Shown piece by piece: positions 1-12,200 of a stretch of DNA of 52,944 nucleotides. Both the position numbers and the translations under genes were made by a program. The notes beneath the pieces were generated by a model. That model searched no databases and was not told where the DNA came from. It saw nothing but the letters and a program-made list of their open reading frames with translations. Each line of letters opens with the position of its first letter. Position 1 is the first letter of the stretch. The DNA lies in assembly GCA_900128585.1 (NCBI GenBank), contig LT642158.1, positions 1 to 52,944 on the forward strand, written 5' to 3'. Source of the DNA: Stramenopiles sp. TOSAG23-3. Its lineage: Eukaryota.

Positions 1-216
1 GGGGGGGGGGCGGAACAACGGGGTAAGAGCTGTGAGCTGGAAGCTGAAACCAACTAACTACCTCACTTCTTAACTTTTTACAAACGGTTCATGATTGCAA
101 CAGCACACCCGAGACTCAAATGATACACCATTTACGCAACACACGAAAGACCCTAGCATCGGTGCCCCCGCATGAAGTTTCCGCGGTATTGAGGGGAATA
201 CGAATACTTTCTGAAC

Positions 217-2190
217 ATGTCCTACGTGGACACCTCGGAGCCTTTGCCGCAAATATCACACTTGTACCAGTACGACGATAACTGGAGAAACACAACTATA
301 GAACACGTTCAAACACTCATTGGTAGCGCAGATGCGAACGTTCTGATACGTCCGGGGGGGGATTATGGCTATTTTCCTGTATATTATGCTGTGTTTTATT
401 GCGCGCCACAGACACTGGTAGACTACATTGTCGATCAAATGGTAGGCCAAGCTCAGTTTCCCGAAGCGTACCGGGACGGTGTGAACAGCGAAATGATATA
501 CTCTCTGTATGATCACTCGTACAAGTGGGAGAAAACTTCAATTGAACACGTTAAACTTTTAGTGCAACACAATGAAGGAGTTTTGACACGTAGAAACATG
601 TTCGGGGAATTGCCAATTTTTCACGCTGTCGCAAAAGGTGCACGAAGGGAAGTTGTCCAGTGGATGGCAGGGAACACTGGAATAGACCTCGTCAAAGGTT
701 GGCGGTGCACTGGTGTGTGCGATACCACGGACAAAACCTATGTCCGTTACCGGAACACCGGTGGCACCCTGTTGCACTTGGCAACATGGAACAATCACTC
801 TCACCTGTTACCATTTCTGTTGTATATTTTTGATGAAGATGCTGTGAACATAAAAACACATCACAATTTTACTCCCTTGGGATGGGCTACTAAGTTTAAG
901 TTCCTGAAGTGCGTAGACCTGTTAACAAACCCGGTTGAAACAGTTGAAGAGTACAAAGAGGACCCAAAGCGCTTTGTTCGGGATTACACTAGCGTTACGG
1001 AAATAAAACATTTATATGAAAACACAAGCAAGTGGAAAAACACCCCTCTTAGTCATGTGCAGCATCTGCTAGAAATAGGAAACCCAGACCTGGCACCCGA
1101 TATTGGTTCGAAAGAGGAAAAGCTTGCGCGTAAAAGTGCCAGGTTATTGAAGGCGATTAATGCGTCAGACGAAAAGGGCAACTTGGTCATTACTTACGCG
1201 ATTAACAACGGCGCGCATCTAAGCGTCGTAAAGTGGGTAGCAGATACAATGGGGTACGAGAAAGTAAAACAGTGGCGGGGAAACATAGGAGAAACGCTCC
1301 TCCATTATGCCGCATACGGTCACTATAAAGAACTTATTCCGTTCTTGTTCACCATTTTTGGAGTCGAAGGGATAACGCTGATCGATGACAAGTACGACGA
1401 AACGCCCATACAATGGTCGCAGCGATCGCAGTACTCCAATAACTTGCAGGCTACAACAACATATTTACAAGATCCAGCAAAAACAATTGACGATTATTTG
1501 CAAGGGGATACAAGCGAACAGGGCGATGGGGATGCAATAGACATGGTAAGGCATTTGCTAGAATATAGTGACCGGTGGCGCACCACTAAATTTTCCCACA
1601 TCGAAAACATAGAGAAAGGGAAACCCGGATCAATCATTCAAATGGACGAGTATGGGTTTTACCCTATTATTTACGCTGCGTGGAAGGGCTGTGACCTGAA
1701 GATATTTCGGTGGATGCTCGCAGAAAGCATCAAGCAACTACAAGAGAAGAATGCACCGTTGAACCGCTATGGCAGAAAAGTCGACGGTTGGGGGCTGCAA
1801 CATTTGCGGGATTGGCGAGATACTGAAAAGTGGAGCATTCTCCATTATGCCGCCACCTTTGATAATCACGAAATTGTATTATGCATAATTGATATGCTGG
1901 GAATAGAAATGCTTGCTCACAAAGATGCAGTGCATAATGAAACCGCATTAGAATGGGCAAGGAAAGGGATATGGAAAGTGTCCAAAGCAAAGAAATCGCC
2001 CGACGACAACAGCTGGGTCTACAAGCTTTCGCAACAAAACAAAGGCAGTGTTTTAGACGAGGAAGATGATTTTTGTGTAACGGTTAATCTGTTAGAGACG
2101 CCAGAGGAATCGTTAGAGGATTTCCGAATGAAACACGCGTCTTCGGGCAGGAGGAATCGGCGGAAAACAAGAGGCACTCAGTCTCCGTAG
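217..2190 (+). CDS. Ankyrin-repeat protein (657 aa) built from 3 full and 1 partial repeated modules
   Basis: ATG...TAG ORF. Ankyrin motifs GELPIFHAVAKG, GGTLLHLATWNNH, TPLGWA, GETLLHYAAYGH, SILHYAATFDN, ETALEWA. Recurring cap motif (H/S)L(Y/L)xxxxxWxxTxxxH(V/I). Confidence 0.85.
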   Translation: MSYVDTSEPLPQISHLYQYDDNWRNTTIEHVQTLIGSADANVLIRPGGDYGYFPVYYAVFYCAPQTLVDYIVDQMVGQAQFPEAYRDGVNSEMIYSLYDHSYKWEKTSIEHVKLLVQHNEGVLTRRNMFGELPIFHAVAKGARREVVQWMAGNTGIDLVKGWRCTGVCDTTDKTYVRYRNTGGTLLHLATWNNHSHLLPFLLYIFDEDAVNIKTHHNFTPLGWATKFKFLKCVDLLTNPVETVEEYKEDPKRFVRDYTSVTEIKHLYENTSKWKNTPLSHVQHLLEIGNPDLAPDIGSKEEKLARKSARLLKAINASDEKGNLVITYAINNGAHLSVVKWVADTMGYEKVKQWRGNIGETLLHYAAYGHYKELIPFLFTIFGVEGITLIDDKYDETPIQWSQRSQYSNNLQATTTYLQDPAKTIDDYLQGDTSEQGDGDAIDMVRHLLEYSDRWRTTKFSHIENIEKGKPGSIIQMDEYGFYPIIYAAWKGCDLKIFRWMLAESIKQLQEKNAPLNRYGRKVDGWGLQHLRDWRDTEKWSILHYAATFDNHEIVLCIIDMLGIEMLAHKDAVHNETALEWARKGIWKVSKAKKSPDDNSWVYKLSQQNKGSVLDEEDDFCVTVNLLETPEESLEDFRMKHASSGRRNRRKTRGTQSP

Positions 2191-3234
2191 AAGGTTTCGG
2201 GCAGTATTATCGATTCTCGAATGACGAGTGGAGAGACAGAAGACTTTACTGTTTAGTGCACAAAAAAGTAATCTTTGGTTTTTAAACACTAAATTACTAG
2301 TCTAATAAAGAATTACCATTGTAAACTATAATAATAAAAGTAAACGGTACAGGTACTACAACCCCAGCCTTGCTGTATAATATCTAATAGCCGGATAATG
2401 AAAATTTACGATACGATGATACGATACGACGAAGAAATAGTCAACCCAAGTGGTAACTAGAAACAAATGTTTGAAAATAACATTGGAGTAGAAGGCAAAA
2501 TAGTAAGAATTTGATGTTGGTGGTATATTTTACTCCTCTTCTCTAGCTCCTACTCTGTATGCTCATTGTCTCGAACATAGGGGTGATTTAGATGACTACT
2601 ACTCAAAACAGACGACAAGTACAAAAATATGAATTTTTCAGTTTTTAAAAAAGATCCTTTTTTTGTTTTGTTTTTGTTTTTTGGAGAGGAAATAATTTTC
2701 GTCAGCGAATACATTTGTCTGGGAGACCACTGTGTGCCTGTTGATCGATTTTAAATTAAAAATCCATTCAACAGGAGGGGGAGGGGAACAAATTGCCATG
2801 TTATTTGTATGTGTGTATTCTAAAACACTACTGTATAATAAGGAACCAGAGCAGGAAATTAATGGTTTTGCTACTCATTTCCAATACTATATTAATGTTT
2901 ATAGCAAGCGGTTGTATGTACTCTGTCCGGGTTTTATTTTGTTCTTGTTGTATATATTTATTTATAAATAATAAAATAAAGAATGTGCATTGTATTGCTG
3001 CTTCCTTCTCCTCTCTTCTCTCCTCCTCTCTCTCCTCTTCTCTTCTTTCCTTTCTCTCCTCTCGAAGAAAGGTAGTCGGTCTGTTTTCTTACAGATGGGC
3101 GCGTGCATCGACTATTAAAGCATTGGCTAAGTTTTATATAAACATCAACAGAAACTCTAAGAGCCCGAAAATATGCTTTAGGCAGACTTAACTAGCTGGA
3201 AATACTTTTCATCTTACGTTTGCTTTTGAACCCG

Positions 3235-6200
3235 ATGCTTGCTCTTTCGTTGGTGGTTTCCACCTTGTTTTTGGTCGCCGTCTTAGTCTTTCCTTCCGAC
3301 TTTACAGTGGAGGCAGCAAAGGGGACGGTTCTTGTGTTTAAAGAAAATGAAGTTCTGGAGAGCGAACCCAAATACTTTGATGATTCAGTAACGGCTGTCG
3401 CCAACAAGCGACACCCTTCTAATTTTTTACTAATCGATAGTAGGGATTCGACCGTTCATAGTTTTGCTGGGGAGTTTACGGACGGTGCAGGACCTCCTTG
3501 TCATCGACGGCTTTTCGAAACTGTGTGCGCGGAGGGTTCGTTTGGAGTTGAATACGGGCAAGACTGTGTCATTAATAACCAGCCATGCAGAAAGGGGATG
3601 TGCATTGGAAAATCACAAGTATCCGTTGCCCAGCACCTGGAGGGTGTAGGCACAGTGAAAAAAGCCGTGTCGACATTAGATTCCTTCGCTGTACTGTCAG
3701 AAAATGGTCTGTTAGTGTCTTGGGGTGGGTACTGGCTCAGTCCTGGAGTTAGCAGCCACGGGTTCGTAGACGTTGTTTCCAATATGAACGCTTTTGCTGC
3801 CCTGACATCTGCCGGCACAGTTCATACATGGGGGGTGTCTGGTGCAGGAGGCTCTAAATGCCGCAGTCGCTCTCTGTTTCCCCACAATTATAATAAAGGG
3901 CCTATTAGAAGTGCTGGCGAGCATAGGTCGTTCGAGCGAAACAAAGACTCGTGGCTGGAGTCGTACGCATGTTTTCAATCCGACGTGGTAAATAAAAAGG
4001 CAACCATCTTAGATAATCTTGCGACAAATAAAATTGTTAGCATTCACTCGAGCGGGGCTGCATTCGTTGCCGTGAATGAAGTTGGGCATATTATACCGTG
4101 GGGCAATGCAGACGTGGGGGGGGCGTTAGGAACTTCCGCATTGTCAATCGTTTCTGAGTGGATAAATATACGGAAATCTGCTGGTGCGGGGACAATGGAA
4201 ATCCGTGTCTATGAAAACGACTATGGTTTCTTGGCTCGCATCGGCCCTGGTTCAAAGTCGGCATGGGAAGCCCTTGCCGGTGAAGACCTTCCCAACTTTG
4301 TTGTATGGGGGTTGCACAGCAATAGTGACGCGTGGGACGTTAAACGTGGCTCCGCTGCGAACGTAAAATTTATTTATGACGATGTTTGCAGTACCGCACA
4401 TTCTTTTGTCACCAGATCCGAAGATTCATATGTTTTGTTTACACGCCAACATATCACGCGAGGCGGCCAACTTAGTTCGTTCAATATTTCAGAAACGACG
4501 TCAACGTGCGTTGAGAACGCTGACGTCTTGGGGGTGTTAAGCACCGGCCATGAGTTGCTTTTGTTGGGAAAGTTTGCACGCGACAGCGCGGGGCCATTCT
4601 CGACATCGCCAGTTCTGCTACAAGACATTAAAGACGCAAAAGTTAATTCTGGTGCGCTGATAATCCTATACAATGACCTGCGTGTAACCACGCACGGTCA
4701 ATATGAATCGGGTGGCAACAGCAGCGCGACACCACTTCCGCAAATTTTTGGCGTGCAACGTGTCTTTGCTGACAAGCAAAATTCCTTTGCGCTGTACCGA
4801 AATCAGAATAAATCTGTTGAATTTCTTGGGAAGATGAACAAAACAATTCCCTCGTCGTACGGGTGTGAATTAAATGGCAACGTTGAAACCATTTTCGAAG
4901 GGGCGTCGACATTAGCCGTAAAAAAGACGTGCAATATAATGGGCATGAGATGCACTATTTGCACGGACGAAAAACGATTGGTCAATATTACCAGCATTGA
5001 TGTGAAGACGTACGACCCAGTAAATTCAGTGAATGGCGAAGAAGTTATCTTCTCACCCGAGTTTTATCCCGGGACGTTGCGCCCGGGTACCGTAGGGTAC
5101 AAGACCGAAATCACAGAATCGACGCTTCACACAGGCTTGAAGATAAACCTGTGTACAGGAAATGGGGATCCTTATGACATATACGTGCATTTGCCCAATC
5201 AAGCTTCGATAAGAGCGACGCATGTAGCAAATTCGGCTTGCAGAGAAGTCATCCTGCAGAACTATACCTCCTTTACTGTCGGGGTAGAACCCAGTGGATC
5301 AGGGTATGAGTTTCAACTGACAACGATAAAACGATTTGCTCCCAAGGCGAATGGGGTCATTTGTACATTGCTGCCCCAAAATAAATACGATTGTTCTGCA
5401 GGCGTAAACATAACAGACCACAATGTTACGGTTCGCTACGGCGCCGGATATACTAAGGTTTATGCGCATTTTCCTGAGCCTGGTTTTAACGTCATAAAGG
5501 GGTTGGTGGATTCAAATGGCCCCTTCGACGTTCAATATGCCAAACCTGCCATTCGTGAAGTAATTTTTCGGGATAGAAATGGGCAGCGGTTATCTTTAAG
5601 TTCGGTGTTTGACGATGCACAGCACAATTACTCGGTTCTTATGAATGGCAATTCGACAGCACTGTATGTTGGTGCAATCAGTGATGATGGTTGGGTCTCG
5701 ATGTCGGTAGACAATGCGATCGGCGAGGTTGGTGTTATTCAGCACCAGATAGGCCCTTTAAATGGCCAAACTCCAAATGCGTTCTATTTAGGCGAGCAAA
5801 AAATCGAAGCAAACTCTGACACTGTATGCTCGAAAATACCGATCAGCAGTCGCATGTACATTCTGCCTAACGATGCATTGCCGAGAAACGCGGGTCAATT
5901 TTCACTGCCGCCCCACGCCCCGTTTGCAATATTCAATCAAATAGACACTGGGTTGAACAGGCCCATAGACGTTCGTGTTCCGGTCGAAAAACGAAGTCAG
6001 GGTCCAGCCCCCGATAAGTATGTTCTTGGCGCATGTAAAGAATTTGTAGGAGATATCGCTCTCCGTGCTGCTATCGCTATCAAACTGGACGTTGCCAGCA
6101 TTGTGACGAAAACCAATAAAAATGCCATTTCATTAAATGGCAACTTACCCATAAAATTACATGGGGTCGTTGACTTTGTACAAGCTGCGAGCACCTCTGC

Positions 6201-9200
6201 ATCTTTGTATGTGGACGGCAGTGTTTCTGTGTTCGATACAAATGGCAAAGTCACGTGGCCCAATGACAAAGGGAACGCCAAAACGCCAGACAAATCATAT
6301 GCAATTCCGGACGACCGTTGTGGGCTTCGAGAAGACGTTTCGTCATTGGTAACCACCAGTGGTTCTATTTTGGGGATTACCCGCGCCCAACAAGTCGTCG
6401 TAGCATGGGTCAGCAGCACGTGCGACTGCAGATCAAAATTCACTGAGGCGATTTGCAAAACACATACTGGTACCGTGCTGGAGAAGTTCAATTATGGCGG
6501 TGTTTTTGTTCCTGGGCTACGAATCGGTGAAAATCCTCCTATCAGATTAGCCATGAATTCTGTCATTCGAGCCGTAGGCAATATAGGTAAAGAAGGTTGC
6601 GGATCTGTAGCGTTTGTGGAGAACTCGGGGATGATAAAAATGTGGGGTGAACTGGGAACCTTTGCACCACCGTTAGTGCCAGTAAAGGCATCGTCTGTCG
6701 TTGCGTCTGATAACGCATTTGCCGCTATATCCTCGGTCGGCGGCGTAGGCTTAGCATGGGGATCTGCCGCTTACGGAGGATCCGTGACACAAGATGTTGC
6801 CTGCAACCTTGCTTCTGGAGTCCAAGATATTTTTGCAATAAATGATACATTTGTAGCAATTGTTGAGTTGAATGGTGTAAATAGGATAGTCACATGGCCG
6901 CAACGACAGTTGTCTTCTTATTTTATACCTCCCCCGGCTGCGCTGCTAAGTGGACGAAGTCCCCTAGCAGCCGTCGTTGACGTGTACACGAACGACTGTG
7001 CATTTGCTGCCAGATTAGAAGATGGCAGTGTATACACATGGGGATACAAAGATTGTGGAGCGGATAGCACCCATTTAGCTTCGGGCCTGCGCAATGTCAC
7101 ACGCATTGTAAGCAACCGTAAAGCATTTGCAGCGCTCGTCAAGTTATGCATCAATCCTGCCCAATTTCTCAGTTTTGATGCGTGTATCAGGGCAGGGAAT
7201 TATTTTGACGGCCCGGCGCACGTGTGGGGAAATTCCAAATTCGGAGGAAACCCGAATGATGCCAAGAAAGAATGGCTTAGCACTGGTATTAAAATTGTTT
7301 ATGCCGACGAGTCGTCCTTTGTTGTGATTCCTGGCACAAAAAAAATCAATGTCAACGCCCATGCCAAAACGGTGTCTATTAAGCACGAATTTGATGGCGT
7401 GAATTTAAAAAAATATTTCTTCCGTATAATTCGGTCTTCGGTCTTTGACATTATTCTCTCCACATCAAAGGGGCGCATGGAATATTTTCCCTCCTTCCAG
7501 CCTGGTGTTGAAACGTATGAAGCCCTAATGTACGAAGAGTCACATGTATCCCTAAATGTTGCGTGGAAAAACGATATGCCTCTTGAGGTCAAAGTAAATG
7601 GTTCCATAATAACAGCAGGGGCTGCAGGTAATATTAGTTTTTCCTCCGTCGGGACCACCACGGTGGGCATCAAATGTGGCGACGAAAGTTACACCATCAA
7701 TATTTTCACTGTATACATGCACAAAATTAAAACTACGTTCGAATCGCACGTTGTGCCGACCAATGTCATTCATGGCGGGAGCTCGTACGACCCTGTTAGT
7801 GCAGGAAACCAAAATGCGATGCACTTGCAAGCGCCGAGGCAATACTCTGCCCCAACCTTTTACATGGAAGCTACTAAAAATAGTTCGCATATTTACATTA
7901 CGACCACATTTAGTCATGGCATCGTTAAAATATTGGGAGACAGCAGTATACAGTGCATTTCAGGCACCGCTACTGCAGTGCCAATCGGTGTCGGCACGAC
8001 AACAATTACGTTGACTTACACACCCACAAGCGGGAACAACGCCATAGCCAGCCCAAAATACATTTTGGTTGTTCAGAAAAAAGCCGCCCTACTTGGGCTG
8101 TCTTTTACGAACGGGCGTATTGACGACACCCTTAACAAATTTCTAAGCGTCTCGCAAGGGGGCTATAATTTAACACTCGACTGGCAAGAAAATTCGATCA
8201 ACTTTGATGTGTACCGTTCTTCGGACATCATTGAAGCTCGCTACAATAACGTTGTCGTCCCAATAAGTAATAGCCAGCAAACAACCACGAAACAATCTTC
8301 GCATGTGGTAGCAGTATGTAATCGAAGTACAATTGAGACTGGAGTACATAATTTTTCTGTTGGGATTCCTTTATCAAACGAATCCATTTTTGTTTTGAGC
8401 CGAAAACGTACTCCGATGACAAACATTGCTATCAAAGATAATTTCGGGGTACAGGCGCCATTAGACAGAGCTTTTAATATTTATGGCTGGAATGATACCA
8501 CCTATACTGCCACTATAAATCCTTCGGCAAAGTATGTAGACATATCCCTGACGGGAACCACTGGGGATACTTTTGTGAACGGGGTAAAGTACATTGCACA
8601 AAACCCGTACAGAAAAGCTATCACCAAAGAAAAAATGAGTTTTACGATCAACGTAACTGCGTTATCGGGCTGTGGGAATACGGCAGTGTTTAGTGTGGTG
8701 TTGACACGCCCCGGACCAGTTTCATGCATCGAAGTTAGCGAATACGCGGCTGAAGAACTTTCGGAAATGGTTCTTAATAGTGCACTTTTATCAGTTTCGC
8801 GTTCACTGTCGGCATTTCGTTACAATCCACACTTTGACGCGACCAAGCGCACTCGCAATGTCATCGTGAATGATACGATTTCACATATTTCGGTCACAAT
8901 GGTTTCAGGGGCTGGCACATGGTCTATCACCAGTGATTCACATCATGCCACAATGAGCGGTCATGTCATGACCACTACGACGAGCAGTGATGGGTTTGTC
9001 CGTGTGCACATCCGTAATTTGGAGGTGCCCACGCGCAGCACAAAGCCCACTGTACGTGCCATCATATTGACTCACAGCGACACGTCTGAAAATTATACGC
9101 TAAACATTGCACGAGTTGGTTTAAATGTCCTTCAGTACCGAAATAATGTGTCGGCTTTTCAGGCTTTGCCATTCCCATCTTCCGAGCGTTTTGATGAAAC

Positions 9201-12200
9201 CCACGGCCAACACGGACTTGGGGCCACTCCTATGATGGCAGCGACGCAATCTCCAATTGCTGTTGCTGGAATGTACGTAGCATATATCAATGTTCCATTT
9301 GTAACCGATGTTCGTTTTAAAGACACCGAAAACCCAATTTCATTTTTTGGTAATATTAGTAGTGGCGTGAAAAGTATTGCCGACCCAAACGTTTCCTATG
9401 CTGCGTACACACTGTTTTCTCCGACCGAACTGGCAAACAATGTGTCTTTTACTTATAATGGCTCGCTACATAGCTCATTTCAAGCGCTTGCCAAGCAGGC
9501 ATTTCCAGTCAATGCTTTTGTGCCTGGTGGTTGGGGGCAAAGTGGGACGATGCTGGCGGCGGACAGCGCCCCGCTGTCGAATAGTCTGTGCGATGGGGAG
9601 GCATGCGTATATGCACCGGGAACCCCTTACGCGCATCGTGTTCGTGTGCTTGGGATGAAAAGTATGGTTGTGACCATAACAATCGAACCATTACCATCCA
9701 ATTTTGTAGGAGCGTTAATATTGAGGTTGCTGGATAAGCCGGTCTCGATTGCAATAAATACTTCTAGCGCGAATAATTATGACGCTGCTGATGCTGCGGA
9801 TTCGTTTCGCACCGCAATAAAGAACAATAGAAACTTAAATGCAAGCGTGTTTGTTTCTGGCTCCGGCAAAAACATTACACTGACAGCCAGGTTTCAAGGT
9901 GTTCGCATAGTTCCGAGCACGACCAATTCCTCAACCTTCACAATACTCACGGTAGTGGATGTATCCGCAACCCATTATGTTCAAGTAAAGCTTACGAATG
10001 CGTTCTATCCTCACGAATTAATAACGGCCAAATGGAATGGGTCGAAGACAAACGCAGAAATAGCCGATGTGATAGTTGATGCTATTCGTGCCGACAGTAA
10101 TTTGCTTGCTGCTTCAACGGTCGGTCCCGCCAGCAAGCTTTGCAACGGAGATCTTTTAGGCCGTTCCAACCCGAGAACGGAAGAGATACATCTGCAGTAC
10201 AAAGACGCGCTTGGAAAACACCGGCCTTTATCTCTATCGTTTACTTCATCCAAAAGCGTGTTTGTGGTTGACGGCCACCGACATGGTGTCCTGGACCCAA
10301 CATACTACAATTCGCCCTCTGCCGCCTTGTCCGCCGAGCTTTGGCCTGGTGTTAACCCAATTCATGTTCTACAGAAAAATAACTTTGCGAGAGAAGCAAC
10401 TGTGACTCTGATCACACCGCTCGTGACACAAATCAATTTGAAGGCTGGAATATCAAATAGCAATAGCGCACAGCTGATAACTGACAAAAATGTGGAAGAC
10501 ACCTTCTCCTTCTCTCCGTCGTTTACCGGTGAGAGTACCGGCTCCACTGTTCCCCGGACATGGTACATGAAGAAGCTGTTCAACGCAAACCGTGTGGGCG
10601 TAAAAATTTCTTTGCATCAGAAAGCAATCCGCTCCCCAGACATTTCAATCCGTGTACGGGTAATATCAAACACATTCAGTGCATGGGAAACATTAACCGA
10701 ATATGAAGTGAATCGCACGTGGATCCAGGCGTTTCTCTCTGTCTCCGCGGGTGACCAAAGTGACGTTAACACACTAGAAATACAAATTCAAGCCAATGGG
10801 AAAAATGTATCGCATTATGTTACGATAACACAGCCTCCCATCAAGTCTCTCAAATTGACTTTGGGCGGAACATCAAGAGTGATTACTTACCAATACAATG
10901 AGTTATCCACAGGAATGATTTCTGGCAACACCACCCATGTTATAACGGCCTCGTGCACTGAAACTTTGGCACTGGTGGAAGTGGACCGAAGAAATACTGG
11001 CCCTGCATTTCAGGGTGCAACATCTGCACTGTATATATCTGGAACAGGTGGTGGCTCAGCCATCCATGCGGAGCGGCCGAACCGACCCGGTGTATTACTG
11101 GCCCCCACTGTAGTCGTCAACAATGCTAACAGCGTCTCTGTCCAGCTCTTGATCGGGCATAATCAGTTAGTCATTACCCTCAAGATTAAGCCGCAGTCAC
11201 ATGGTCTTGTACCGAGTGAAAAAGATGACGCAGTTATACGAATCTTCTTGACGATAAAAAGACAAGCGTGTATTGCAAACTTCGCAGTTCGCTCTCGGGT
11301 CGCTCTCAATCGCTTCCAGCCGGATGTTTTGACACCGGTACCGCTCTCAAAAACAATAAATAATATGAGTGTTCAAACTGACGAACACATGAATACAAAT
11401 GGAATATATACAATATATGTCCCTAAAAATACTGTCCAGTTTGATATTGTGGGAGCTCCATCTCAAGGCACTGCCACGGTAGAAAATATGACCACCGTCA
11501 CGTTGTCTACATTGGCAAATAACATTGCCCCCCATACAGTGGCAGTAAATACAACACGCTCAGATTTGACAAATGGAAAGGCGTGGAAGTCCTTCGGATT
11601 TGCACCGGCAAAATTTAAATTTGATGTAGACGGGCTTAGGCTGGACATCTTGACGTCTTTAGACGGAAGTTTCGTTTCTGTTTGGATCATTAGAAATGTA
11701 CTTCACCCCATGAACATCGATGTTCAAGATAGCAAAGTGTGCGGCAGTGCTAATTCAATGTTCAGTTTCAGTTCGGCAGCAGCGTGCTTCAACAATAATG
11801 CAGGGTGCCGGTTCACCGCCAATGGTTTAGAAGATCATCGAATCGCTAATATAGACATTGACGGTGTCACGGCAAAAACCCCTATTAACCTATACACAAA
11901 TTCAAAGTTCTTTTCTTTGAAACCAAGCACAACAGCAGCATCGTACCCTAGTTTGTATTATTTTGATGCCGCAGTAGAGCAAACGGTGACCAAAACAGAG
12001 TTGGTAACGACCACAGATGCAAAACGTGGCCAAGTGCAGGCGAGATTCCGTCTTGTCGAGTTAGGGTTAAACTGGGACTACAACTTCCTTCTGTACAAAT
12101 CCAGCATTATGCAAATGTTTATACAAGATAACGCTGGGTCGACCCCTTGCACGGTGATCCCTGGAAATGTGTGGCGCGAAGCACTAAATTCCCAACAGGG

